Origin: Octopus sinensis
Lineage: Eukaryota
Reading direction: 5' to 3'
DNA length: 64,000 nucleotides
Assembly: GCF_006345805.1 (NCBI RefSeq)
Contig: NC_043015.1
Coordinates: 30,938,001 to 31,002,000 of the forward strand
In this document: positions 55,384-64,000 of the stretch, piece after piece
Numbering within the stretch: the first letter of the stretch is position 1
Layout: each line of letters starts with the position of its first letter
Notes under the pieces: generated by a model
Seen by the model: only the letters and a program-made list of their open reading frames with translations
The model's database searches: none
Told to the model about the DNA's origin: nothing
Program-made: the position numbers and the translations under genes

Positions 55384-57464
55384 TGTGTGTTTGTGTGTCT
55401 GTGTTTGTCCCCCCAACATTGCTTGACAACCGATGCTGGTGTGTTTACGTCCCCGTCACTTAGCGGTTCGGCAAAAGAGACCGATAGAATAAGTACTAGG
55501 CTTACAAAGAATAAGTCCTAGGGTCGATTTGCTTGACTAAAGGCGGTGCTCCAGCATGGTCACAGTCAAATGACTGAAACAAGTAAAAGAGTAAAAGAGT
55601 ATATTTGTAGCAAATTATATTTGTAGTGAACAATACTTACAGTGGAATATACTTCAACTGAACTACACTCGTGATGAACTATATTTGCAGAGAAGTGTAT
55701 ATAGTGAGCTACACTTGTAATTAGCTATGACCACACCCCACCTGTACAGAGGTAAGCAATCATAACCTGCTGAAAATGAATTTCTCTAAAACATTTTTAT
55801 TTACGTTTGGTGGATCTATTCAGCTAGCAGTGACTCTCAAGTTCTGTCATAATATTGATTTCAAATTTTGGCACAAGGCCAGCAATTTCGGGGGAGGGGA
55901 TAAGTTGATTACATCAACCCCTGTGATCAACTGGTACTTATTTTATCAACCCTGGAAGGATGAAAGGCAAAGTCGACCTTAGTGGAATTTGAACTCAGAA
56001 TGTATAGATAGACAAAATGCCGCTTACCATTTTGCTTGGCATGCTAATGATTGTGCCAGTTTTATCCCTCAGGTGTTGATATAATATTAAACTAAATGTT
56101 AATTAGTAATTATAATACATTTTGACAAATAGTATATCTAGTAGAATATCAGACCTATCTTATAATGAAGAAATGTTTAATAATCATGCCAATTATTATA
56201 ATGAAGCTTTAGCCGCTACCGGATTCAAACAAAATATTAAATACATAAAGGATACTAAACTAAAAACTTATATAGCACAAATGGAATTAAACAAAAATAC
56301 ATACGATACTAAAACAATAAATAAAGATGACCTTAAGCATAATAATAATATGAAATTAATAATAAATAATGAAGAAACTTCTATACAATACAATAAAAAA
56401 ACCTAGAAAAAATAATGATAGGCAAAGAACTAAATATAATAATAATAAAAAATTCTCAATGAAAAATATACAAATCTCAAAACCAATATATAATTGTAAT
56501 AAACTACCTAATTATTATGAGGTGAGGCACAAAACTCTTACTCAGTGTCCTTGAGAAGATGCAAGCCACCAGACTCCAGATAATAAAACCAGCATTCCAT
56601 ACATGTCTGGTCCGAGCTACAGAAATGCCCAAGAATATGAATATCACTAATTCTGCTGCCAGCCTGCAAGAAAATGGTTAAATTACGTAAGACATATAAG
56701 ATAACAACAACAAAAGATAGAAACTATAGCAATTTATTGTATTATTATTTGTTGTAGAATTAGATATATTTATATATTTGTTGTGCAAGATTTTTTATGT
56801 GAAGTTGTGTGTTGAAACAGATATTGTTATATTTCGGAATGGTAATGGTAATGGTGATAAGAATAATAATAGTAATAATAATGATAAGAGAAGAACCAAT
56901 AAATTGGAGTATATGTAATACTCTTTTACTTGTTTCAGTCATTTGACTGCGGCCATGCTGGAGCACCGCCTTTAATCGAGCAACTTGACCCCGGGATTTA
57001 TTCTTTTGTAAGCCCAGTACTTATTCAATCGGTCTCTTTTGCCGAACCGCTAAGTAACGGGGACATAAACACACCAGCATCGGTTGTCAAGCAATGCTAG
57101 GGGACAAACACAGACACACAAACATATACACACACATACATATATATATATACATATATACGACGGGCTTCTTTCAGTTTCCGTCTACCAAATCCACTCA
57201 CAAGGCTTTGGTCGGCCCGAGGCTATAGTAGAAGACACTTGCCTAAGATGCCACGCAGTGGGACTGAACCCGGAACCGTGTGGTTGGTAAAAAAGCTACT
57301 TACCACACAGCCACTCCTGTGCCATAATACTCATAATACAGGAATACATAATAATAATATTAATATAAAATAACCGAAGCAAAATTCTAAATACAATACA
57401 AGTGAAAAATGGCAAAATGACCATTCCGAAATATAACAATATTAGATATATTTATTGCTTTTAA

Positions 57465-57495
<31 letters not shown>

Positions 57496-58033
57496 TTTTT
57501 ATTATTATTATCTTGTGGTGTATTATCTAAGGCATTTTGTATATTTTCACTTGTATTGTATTTAGAATTTTGCTTCGTTTTTTTTTATATTAATATTATT
57601 ATTATGTATTCCCGTGTTATGAGTATTACATATACTCCGATTATTGATTCTTATCTTATCATTATTATTGTTATTATTATTCTTATCGCCATTACCATCC
57701 CCGTCACTATTATTACTATTGTTATTGTTATTATCATCATTATTATGGCTGTTTTTATATTTGTTAATTTTTCTTTTATTAGAACTGGCTACAATAGATC
57801 CTATGTTTGGTGTTGTAGAGAAAGATATTTTAATCGATGATCTATTAAATATATGATGATATTTATGATCCCTAGGAAAACATTTTTTAACTATATTTAA
57901 AAACTTTTTTGCTAAACCCTTAACATTTAATGAAAATGGAGGTGTATCCCAAATAATGTCTCTCCCTCAACTCCTATTAGGTAGTTTATTACAATTATAT
58001 ATTGGTTTTGAGATTTGTATATTTTTCATTGAG

Positions 58034-58064
<31 letters not shown>

Positions 58065-61000
58065 ATTTAGTTCTTTGCCTATCATTATTTTTTCTAGGTT
58101 TTTTAGTGTATTGTATAGAAGTTTCTTCATTATTTATTATTAATTTCATATTATTATTATGTTTAAAGTTATCTTTATTTATTGTTTTAGTATCGTATGT
58201 ATTTTTGTTTAATTCCATTTGTGCTATATAAGTTTTTAGTTTAGTATCCTTTATGTATTTAATATTTTGTTTGAATCCGGTAGCGGCTAAAGTTTGATTA
58301 TAATAATTGGCATGATTATTAAAAATTTCTTCATTATAAGATAGGTCTGATATTCTATTAGATATACTATTTACAATGCTGTTAAGCAATGATCTATGAT
58401 GATTAGAATTAATATTTATGTATTTAAGGTATTCATTCGGTTTGTGAAATGGAGAATAGGTTGCATTATTAAGGTCTAAGGTTACGTCTAAAAAATTTGC
58501 TTTAGAATAACTTTCTTCAAATGTAATAGATAAGCCGAAATTTTTGTAAAATTTATGTAATTCCTCTTTCATTTTCCCTATTTTTCTTTTAGATCTACCG
58601 TTATAGACAAGGAGTGCGTCATCTCTATATAATCCTCCCATCAAATTACATCACCTAAGGTGTTGAGCTGACAGAATTGTTAGCATGCTGGGCAAAATGC
58701 TTAGTGGAATTTTTATTCGTCTTTATGTTATGAGCCAAAATTCCACTGAAGTCAATTTTGCCTTCTGTAATTTTGGGTGTGGTGAAATAAGTACGAGTTG
58801 AATACTAGGGTTGATGCAATTGACTTACCCCGCTTCAATGAAATTGCTGGCCTTGTGGCAAAATGTGAAACCAAAATTAAGGTCCTGCCTGGGTGAAATT
58901 TGAACACACAACCAACCACCACCAGGTATTTAGTTCATTACTGAAACTTCCGCTCACCTGCCATTTGACTAGTAAAATCTCTGATTGCGGATAGTTTAAG
59001 GTTAGAGTTACAGGTATGAAACATTTTAGCACAGGTGTTTTGGTACCACCTATTTGGTGTTGCTGATTTGATATCAATTATTTGACATCAGACATTTCAG
59101 TGTTTCTCCCGTTCTATTCCTTCCCATCCCACATCCTTCTCTTCATGTGGGTGGGCATATCTCTGTTTACATGTATGAAGACAGGGTGGATTCAATTAAT
59201 AAATTGTAATGTTTCTCTCTGTCTCTCTCTCCCACACTTTTTACACACACACACACACACACACATACACACACACACAGAGGCACACATACATACACAC
59301 AGAGGCACACACACAGGCACACACATACATACACACAGAAGCATACACACAGGCACACACACAGGCACACAGACACACACACAGAGGCACACATACATAC
59401 ACACAGGCACACATACATACACACACACGCACACACACACACACACACACACTATATGTATCATATTCTTTTCGTGTTTTATTTCCTGACAGTAGTTATA
59501 TTATAATATACCAAAATTTTTGGTGTACATCTTCTATTGACTCACCAACACAATTCCCCTGTATAAGAACTGATGTTCATAAGATATTTTATTCAGAGGT
59601 AAAAGAAAAGAAATTTAGTAAGTTTCTTAAAATTTGGGATATGAAAAGATTCTACTTACCCTATTGTTTTGATGATGAATTTTAAATTAGTTCGTGATTT
59701 AGGGTTGATATTGTGGAAGGCATATTGAGCTTGGATTAGGCCACATACTATCATACTGAAATAGAATATATAATAAAAGTGCTTTATACACACTTTTGAC
59801 AAGTTGTGGCGCACCTGGGCACTGTATACAATAATTTCATTATATTATATTATAATGTATGTATGATATAACAAAGTAGTACTCAATGAGGTGTATAACA
59901 GTATATGTGTTATGTATAAAATGTAGAGTATGTACAAAACAGTTTAATGAGATAAGATTGTGTGAATAACCTGGAATGCATAATAGCATTTTGTGCTACT
60001 GTAAAAACATACTTTCAAAAAATATTTCTGAGAATATTTCTAAAAGAGTATTTCCAAGAGCCTAAAGGAGCTTTTAAGGTTCTCAAGATGAGAGAAAGAT
60101 CTCTCTTTGATAAGATGCATCTTGTCGTTTAGGACAGATGCCAATGAGCCACAAGTTTACTTGTTCAAAGCAGACCTGGGATATAAATATTATACATGAA
60201 AAATTGTATCTAAATGACAAAGGGTAAAGCGAGATTAATGTAACATAATGTGTTTAATATGATGTATATAATATGTTGATGCCATTGCTTAATCTCAGAT
60301 CAGCATTAATCAAACAAATCCGTGGTACACCTGAGTGGTCCCAAATGACAAGATGTACCTCATTGACCACCTGGTGTTCTAAATGTAACATACATTCACT
60401 TAGCTACATTGTCAAATACCTCCACTTAGCTATATTGCATACTATATTGCATGCAGTGGTTCATTGTATAGAATACAATGTGACAGTTTGGGCATATCTT
60501 ATTCAATTCACTGTCCAGTCTACTTCTGCACATCTGCAGATTCTGGTGGTGACCTCAGCAAAGGTAGGCAAAGTGGAATCATTAAAATCATAGCAATTGT
60601 TATTTCTCTACACTTTTTATTGAATGTGGTGTGTATAACAGAACATATAACAGATGATGTATAATATTGTGTGTATCACAGAATATATATAAACATAAAG
60701 CATGTGTAACAGAGTGTATATAAGATTGTAAACCTCATATAACACATGCACAACAGAGTATATAAGGTAGTGCATACAATATAAGTATATATAACAGTGC
60801 ATATAGATGGTGTATACAATATAAAATGCATATAACATAGTGTATATAACATGATACATGCTTTATAAAGCATGTATAACACATTGTATGTAACATAGTG
60901 TGTATAATATAAAGCATGTATAGCACATTGTAGATAACATTGCATGTATAATACAGAGCATGTATAATATATTGTGCATATCATGGTATATATAATACAC

Positions 61001-61781
61001 TTAAATAACACAGGGTATATAAGGCGGGGTGTACTGAATAAAGCATATATAATACATTATACATTCCATAGTGTGCATAATATAAAGCATGCATGATACA
61101 ATTCCACACATCGAGGTATTTATAACATATAGTATATATCATAGTATATATTACTCATTGTAGATACCATGATGTATACAATATACAGTATATATATATA
61201 TATATATATGTCATTTCATTTCATCTAGTTTCAGCTCACGAGCTGTGGCCATGCTGGGGGACCGCCATTCAAAAAATTTGAGGGCTGCCCATGGGACTCA
61301 AACCCACATCGCTTGTGGACATTACAGGTGTTCTACCATTTGATGACTGTTCCAACAAAGTTTTTATAAAAGGTAATGGTGGACTGCCGTGACCAGGATT
61401 CAAACCTGGGTTACCATATATATATAATATATATATATATTTGAGTAGTTGAATGAATTATCTTATTAAGGATAATTCGAAAGATAACTGATACCTGGGT
61501 AGCAAATTCACATCAGAAAGAACACGGTTGAAGTTACGTCCCTAGGGCATAGACTACGTGCTTTCGATTATCACCATGGGCTCCTTGAGAGCGGTCAGCT
61601 AAAAGTTTTTTGTGCATTTTGATGTCGACATAAGTTCCTTGCCTTTCCTGATGAGAAATCTGCATAATGTACTCCTTATTCCTTCGGAATTAGGAATATG
61701 CAGCCTTCGAAACATATATCAAAAGTAAAGGAAATTTGTTAACAAGTCGTTCAACTCCATTCTTTCATAAACATATATATA

Positions 61782-61815
<34 letters not shown>

Positions 61816-62307
61816 TTAGCAATTAAGGACAACTACTTAATAAGGAAAACTTAACAAGAAATTGTCAGGTAGATAGCGTAAAAACCTCATAAGAGAAAAA
61901 ATTTCGAAAATAATTATTTCTTATTGAACATATTAATTTTATATATAGAGGGCATTATACATACATGCCAGGAGGCATTCTACATACACGCCATACGCTA
62001 AGAGGGACAATCAGTCATTTCTACCAAAAATATTACTAATCCCACCGAATGCAATTTTTCAAAGAAAGACATTTAAAAATATATAGACCTGTATCACAGT
62101 GATTTCATACTTACGTAAGTATGAAAGTTACGTAAGTATGAAATCACTGTGATACAGGTCTATATATTTTTAAATGTCTTTCTTTGAAAAATTGCATTCG
62201 GTGGGATTAGTAATATTTTTGGTAGAAATGACTGATTGTCCCTCTTAGCGTATGGCGTGTATGTAGAATGCCTCCTGGCATGTATGTATAATGCCCTCTA
62301 TATATAA

Positions 62308-62351
<44 letters not shown>

Positions 62352-62507
62352 CATGGTGTATATGAGTATTTTCCAAAATATGAATATCTTGAGAAATGTG
62401 TAAAGTACAGAGTGATTTATCTCACCATATAATTCCCGACAATTCAAACGACTCTGCTAAGACGTAGGACAGGTAGGCCGTAATTATAAGGATGGCTGGT
62501 TCCAACA
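35120..62507 (-). CDS. SLC9A: Sodium/hydrogen exchanger (SLC9A/NHE, plasma-membrane NHE1-5-like), 3' half; the 5' exons lie beyond the window end
   Basis: Exons with GT-AG boundaries and matching phases translate to LEPAILIITAYLSYVLAESFELSGIIC-MIVCGLIQAQYAFHNINPKSRTNLKFIIKTIG-LAAELVIFIFLGIS...WNAGF...FSRTL-ITLVFSYFINKF...LKEQLVM-SYGGLRGGVAFSLAL...VIQ-GISIRPLINILKVK. This is collinear with the C-terminal TM segments of NHE1. The paralogue number cannot be assigned. Confidence 0.93.
35702..36098 (+). mobile_element. Abundant octopus-type composite SINE with internal (TA)/(GT) microsatellite; other copies 38076-38447(-), 40600-40924(-), 46525-46941(-), 55174-55600(+), 56920-57320(-), 27652-27867(-)
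   Basis: ggagtggctgtgtggtaagtagcttgc...gtgtcttctactatagc...cagtcaaatgactgaaacaagtaaaa, recurring many times in the window. Confidence 0.85.
36227..36386 (-). CDS. SLC9A: Probable NHE tail exon (YVRDRYTSLAPVQYELNVRSERPGKTSIGKELNANQLLRYVKSKTNSENSTNK)
   Basis: Open frame with a strong donor AAG|gtaagt at phase 0. Three in-frame AG acceptors are possible (exon starting at 36386, 36377 or 36371). Confidence 0.65.
39480..39790. repeat. Two-copy tandem repeat (~155-bp unit) within a SINE
   Basis: gtcggatagtgctttttacgtaccaccagacc...cacggcca occurs twice. Confidence 0.9.
41184..41276 (-). CDS. SLC9A: Probable NHE cytoplasmic-tail exon (SHMLDELQVTTGKQNPLYGNRNAVENISYIY)
   Basis: Acceptor ttctgtccattaag fits phase 2 of the previous exon; the donor (gtacat) is uncertain. 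Confidence 0.55.
43682..43788 (-). CDS. SLC9A: NHE exon (107 nt, KKLEKFELTYIQRCLLKEPHPTVLKIGDVNTKIAI)
   Basis: GT-AG, phase 0-2; resembles DKLNRFNKKYVKKCLI. Confidence 0.85.
45549..45769. mobile_element. piggyBac-like MITE
   Basis: ttaa|ccctttcattac ... gtaatgaaaggg|ttgc. Confidence 0.7.
47003..47068 (-). CDS. SLC9A: NHE exon (66 nt, LTDSMLQLVEKISGHSGKNVWR; CHP-binding-helix region)
   Basis: Acceptor ctctttcgcag, donor gtaagt; resembles [21 protein letters not shown]. Confidence 0.88.
47242..47476. repeat. Compound CAG/CAA/CAT/CAC trinucleotide microsatellite
   Basis: Direct inspection. Confidence 0.95.
48002..48091 (-). CDS. SLC9A: NHE exon (90 nt, GISIRPLINILKVKLEEKAKKNLLCTINHQ)
   Basis: Matches NHE GMTIRPLVDLLAVK; GT-AG, phase 0-0. 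Confidence 0.92.
48762..49195 (+). mobile_element. Decayed CRE-clade-like non-LTR reverse transcriptase fragment
   Basis: VQQGDPLDPALFAL...V*YLDDACLGG...GLSINSSKCEL. Confidence 0.75.
50135..50204 (-). ncRNA. Type I hammerhead-ribozyme-like motif (degenerate)
   Basis: Minus strand: aggacttgctaccccaga-CTGATGA-tgagcaagaccca-GAAA-catgcatg-TC-cctaggtgctagtcct. Confidence 0.6.
50797..51177 (+). mobile_element. SINE ending in a (GAT)n tail; related copies 6113-6375, 30605-30960, 39195-39790, 39901-40140, 63407-63590
   Basis: ggcgttaggaagggcatccagctgtag...cggacgttaaacgatgatgatg, with internal GC-rich subrepeats. Confidence 0.8.
51914..52221 (-). mobile_element. Non-autonomous Helitron-like element
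   Basis: On the minus strand it starts A|TCTTTATATATAAAA and ends with the hairpin cccgagcaacgccggg followed by CCAG|T. Confidence 0.75.
52366..52494 (-). CDS. SLC9A: NHE exon (129 nt, SYGGLRGGVAFSLALQL...IILFNVVIQ)
   Basis: Carries the CPA1/NHE signature GGLRG; acceptor ctgtttcag, donor gtaaga. Confidence 0.95.
53523..53605 (-). CDS. SLC9A: NHE exon, copy 2 (identical duplicate of 54909-54991)
   Basis: Same sequence and splice sites as copy 1; lies inside the tandem duplication. Confidence 0.7.
54909..54991 (-). CDS. SLC9A: NHE exon, copy 1 (83 nt, ITLVFSYFINKFHGERMKIFSLKEQLVM)
   Basis: Acceptor cttcatctag, donor gtgagt, phase 1-0. Confidence 0.85.
56127..56512 (+). mobile_element. Inverted partial copy of the same Penelope fragment
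   Basis: Near-identical reverse complement of 57976-58372. Confidence 0.88.
56542..56663 (-). CDS. SLC9A: NHE exon (122 nt, LAAELVIFIFLGISVARTRHVWNAGFIIWSLVACIFSRTL)
   Basis: Acceptor ttttcttgcag, donor gtaaga; matches NHE ETLIFIFLG...WNW...CLIAR. Confidence 0.92.
57770..58640 (-). mobile_element. Penelope-like retroelement RT C-terminal/thumb fragment
   Basis: YRDD motif, NFLDVTLDL, YININSNH, SISNRISDLS..EEIFN. After a frameshift it continues IIWDTPPFSLNVK...KCFPRDHKYHHIFNRSSIKISFS, typical of the Penelope linker before GIY-YIG. Confidence 0.88.
59660..59755 (-). CDS. SLC9A: NHE exon (96 nt, MIVCGLIQAQYAFHNINPKSRTNLKFIIKTIG)
   Basis: Acceptor ctatttcag, donor gtaagt, phase 2-2. Confidence 0.9.
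61385..61416 (-). pseudogene. 3' half of a tRNA-His-like sequence
   Basis: Minus strand tggtaacccaggtttgaatcctggtcacggca matches the recalled invertebrate tRNA-His T-arm and acceptor with about 1 mismatch; truncated at a (TA)n tract. Confidence 0.6.
61635..61733 (+). ncRNA. Type I hammerhead-ribozyme-like motif with long stem II (degenerate)
   Basis: ttccttgcctttc-CTGATGA(61648-61654)-gaaatctgcata...tatgcagccttc-GAAA(61709-61712)-catata-TC-aaaagtaaaggaa. Confidence 0.55.
61938..62308. repeat. Perfect long palindrome, 181-bp arms with a 9-nt spacer
   Basis: 61938-62118 is the reverse complement of 62128-62308. Confidence 0.95.
62426..62507 (-). CDS. SLC9A: NHE exon (82 nt, xLEPAILIITAYLSYVLAESFELSGIIC)
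   Basis: Acceptor ctcctcttttactccag, donor gtgaga; matches NHE1 [28 protein letters not shown]. Confidence 0.9.
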
Positions 62508-62918
62508 CTGGAGTAAAAGAGGAGCAAATGTTGGGCATTATGTTAACATTACTGGATATAACATATCACAGCAGGCACAGAAAAAAATATAAATATAAAA
62601 TCTTGTCACTGTTATGTATACACACACACGCATGCATGTATGTTTGTATGTATGTGTGTATGTATGTATGTATGCATGCATGCATGCATATGTTTGTGTG
62701 TATGGGTGTGTGTATATGTATATATTATTTGTTTCAGTCAATTGACTTTGGACATGCTGAGCACCATTTTAAAGGGCTTTTTTTTTACTCAAAGATATCG
62801 ACCCCAGGACTTATTCTTTGTAAGCCTAGTTTTTATTCTATCAATCTCTTTTGCTGAAACGCTAAATTACAGGGATGTAAACACACCAACATTGATTGTC
62901 AAAAACACACATAAATAC

Positions 62919-62971
<53 letters not shown>

Positions 62972-62995
62972 ATATATATATAATATATATATAAA

Positions 62996-63333
62996 AAGGT
63001 AAAGACCCCCTTCGGTCATGAATGACCATGGGATTGCACCTAGAAAGTTACCCTCCTAGACACAAGTCTGGGCAAGGTTGTTTATGGAAGACCAGCAGTC
63101 GCCCATGCATACCGGCCTCCCCTCTCCACGTCACCGATGTTGTCCAAGGGAAAGACAAAGGTCGATACAGCTTGGCACCACTGACGTCGCAACTCATTTC
63201 TACAGCTGAGTGAACTGGAGCAACGTGAAATAAAGTGCCTTGCTCAAGAACACAACACGCAGCCCGGTCCGGGATTCGAGCTCACAACCTCATGATCGTA
63301 AGCTCGACGCTCTAACCACTGAGCCATGCGCCA
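62996..63333 (-). mobile_element. tRNA-derived SINE
   Basis: Minus-strand head ggcgcatggctcagtggttagagcg...gctcgaatcccggacc. Confidence 0.75.
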
Positions 63334-64000
63334 TATATATGTATATATATATAAATATACATACATATACATATACATATATACACACACACACACACAC
63401 ACATATATCATCATCATCATCGTTTAACGTCCGTTCTCCATGCTAGCATGGGTTGGACGGTTCGACCGGGGATCTGGAAAGCCAGAAGGCTGCACCAGGC
63501 TCCAGTCTGATCTGGCAGTGTTTCTACAGCTGGATGCCCTTCCTAACGCCATGCCCTTCCTAATGCCGTGCCCTTCCTAACGCCAAACACACACACATAT
63601 AATATATATATATCAATATCTGTATATGTATATAGGTTAGTTGAGTTAGAGGTTGAAATAACCATCTAAGGGATAGAAGTATCCATTACATTACCAGTAT
63701 AATTACCTACATTTAACCATGGGCATACATATGCAAGCATGTGCTCATACGTTCTAGATAAAGTCAAGGACAAACAGGGATTTATCAAGAATCAAGATTT
63801 AAAGGAAACAGAAAATGGAGAAGTACTGACAATAAACAACAACTGACTTACATCAATTATTACTTATTAATTATTATTTGTTAATTCAATGTAAATAGAG
63901 TGCATCCCTAACAGCTGTTAGACGAGATGCAGTCTATTTGCATTGAATTAATAAATAATAAGTCAATTGTTGTTCATCAGTACTTCTCCATTTTCTGCTT

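Larger units (their letters stand above)
52545..55390. repeat. Tandem duplication, period ~1385 bp, containing a (GAT/GGT)n compound microsatellite, one NHE exon and part of a SINE
   Basis: 53106-53950 is nearly identical to 54491-55336. Confidence 0.95.

Noticed and set aside
35685-57290. Recurrent small ORFs such as RASFSFRLPNPLTRLWSARGYSRRHLPK and LQLDALPNANHS
   Set aside because: Chance frames within high-copy SINEs, not a gene family.

Overview
This is animal DNA, not prokaryotic: AT-rich and dense in SINEs and microsatellites. The SINE repertoire is most consistent with an octopus or other coleoid cephalopod (inference). Two genes are well supported and converge tail-to-tail. (1) A + strand C2H2 zinc-finger gene, CDS 28806-30342 joined to 31442-32649, about 914 aa with 13 fingers, mostly in repeated A/B pairs without TGEKP linkers. 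(2) The 3' half of a - strand SLC9A/NHE Na+/H+ exchanger, reconstructed by hand as about 11 short exons from 62507 down to the stop at 35120; one 83-nt exon appears twice, inside a ~1.39 kb tandem duplication. Most other ORFs in the track come from SINEs or microsatellites. Mobile elements include a decayed IR/DR Tc1 (DD34E), an internally deleted mariner, several MITEs with target-site duplications (TSDs), a non-autonomous Helitron, and Penelope, CR1 and CRE retroelement fragments. The most notable unexplained structure is a set of hammerhead-ribozyme-like motifs in several unrelated short repeats, plus long inverted repeats lying next to NHE exons or just past its stop codon. These suggest a Penelope/retrozyme-derived RNA-structure layer on the NHE pre-mRNA. 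All of this was read by eye; no search or folding program was run.
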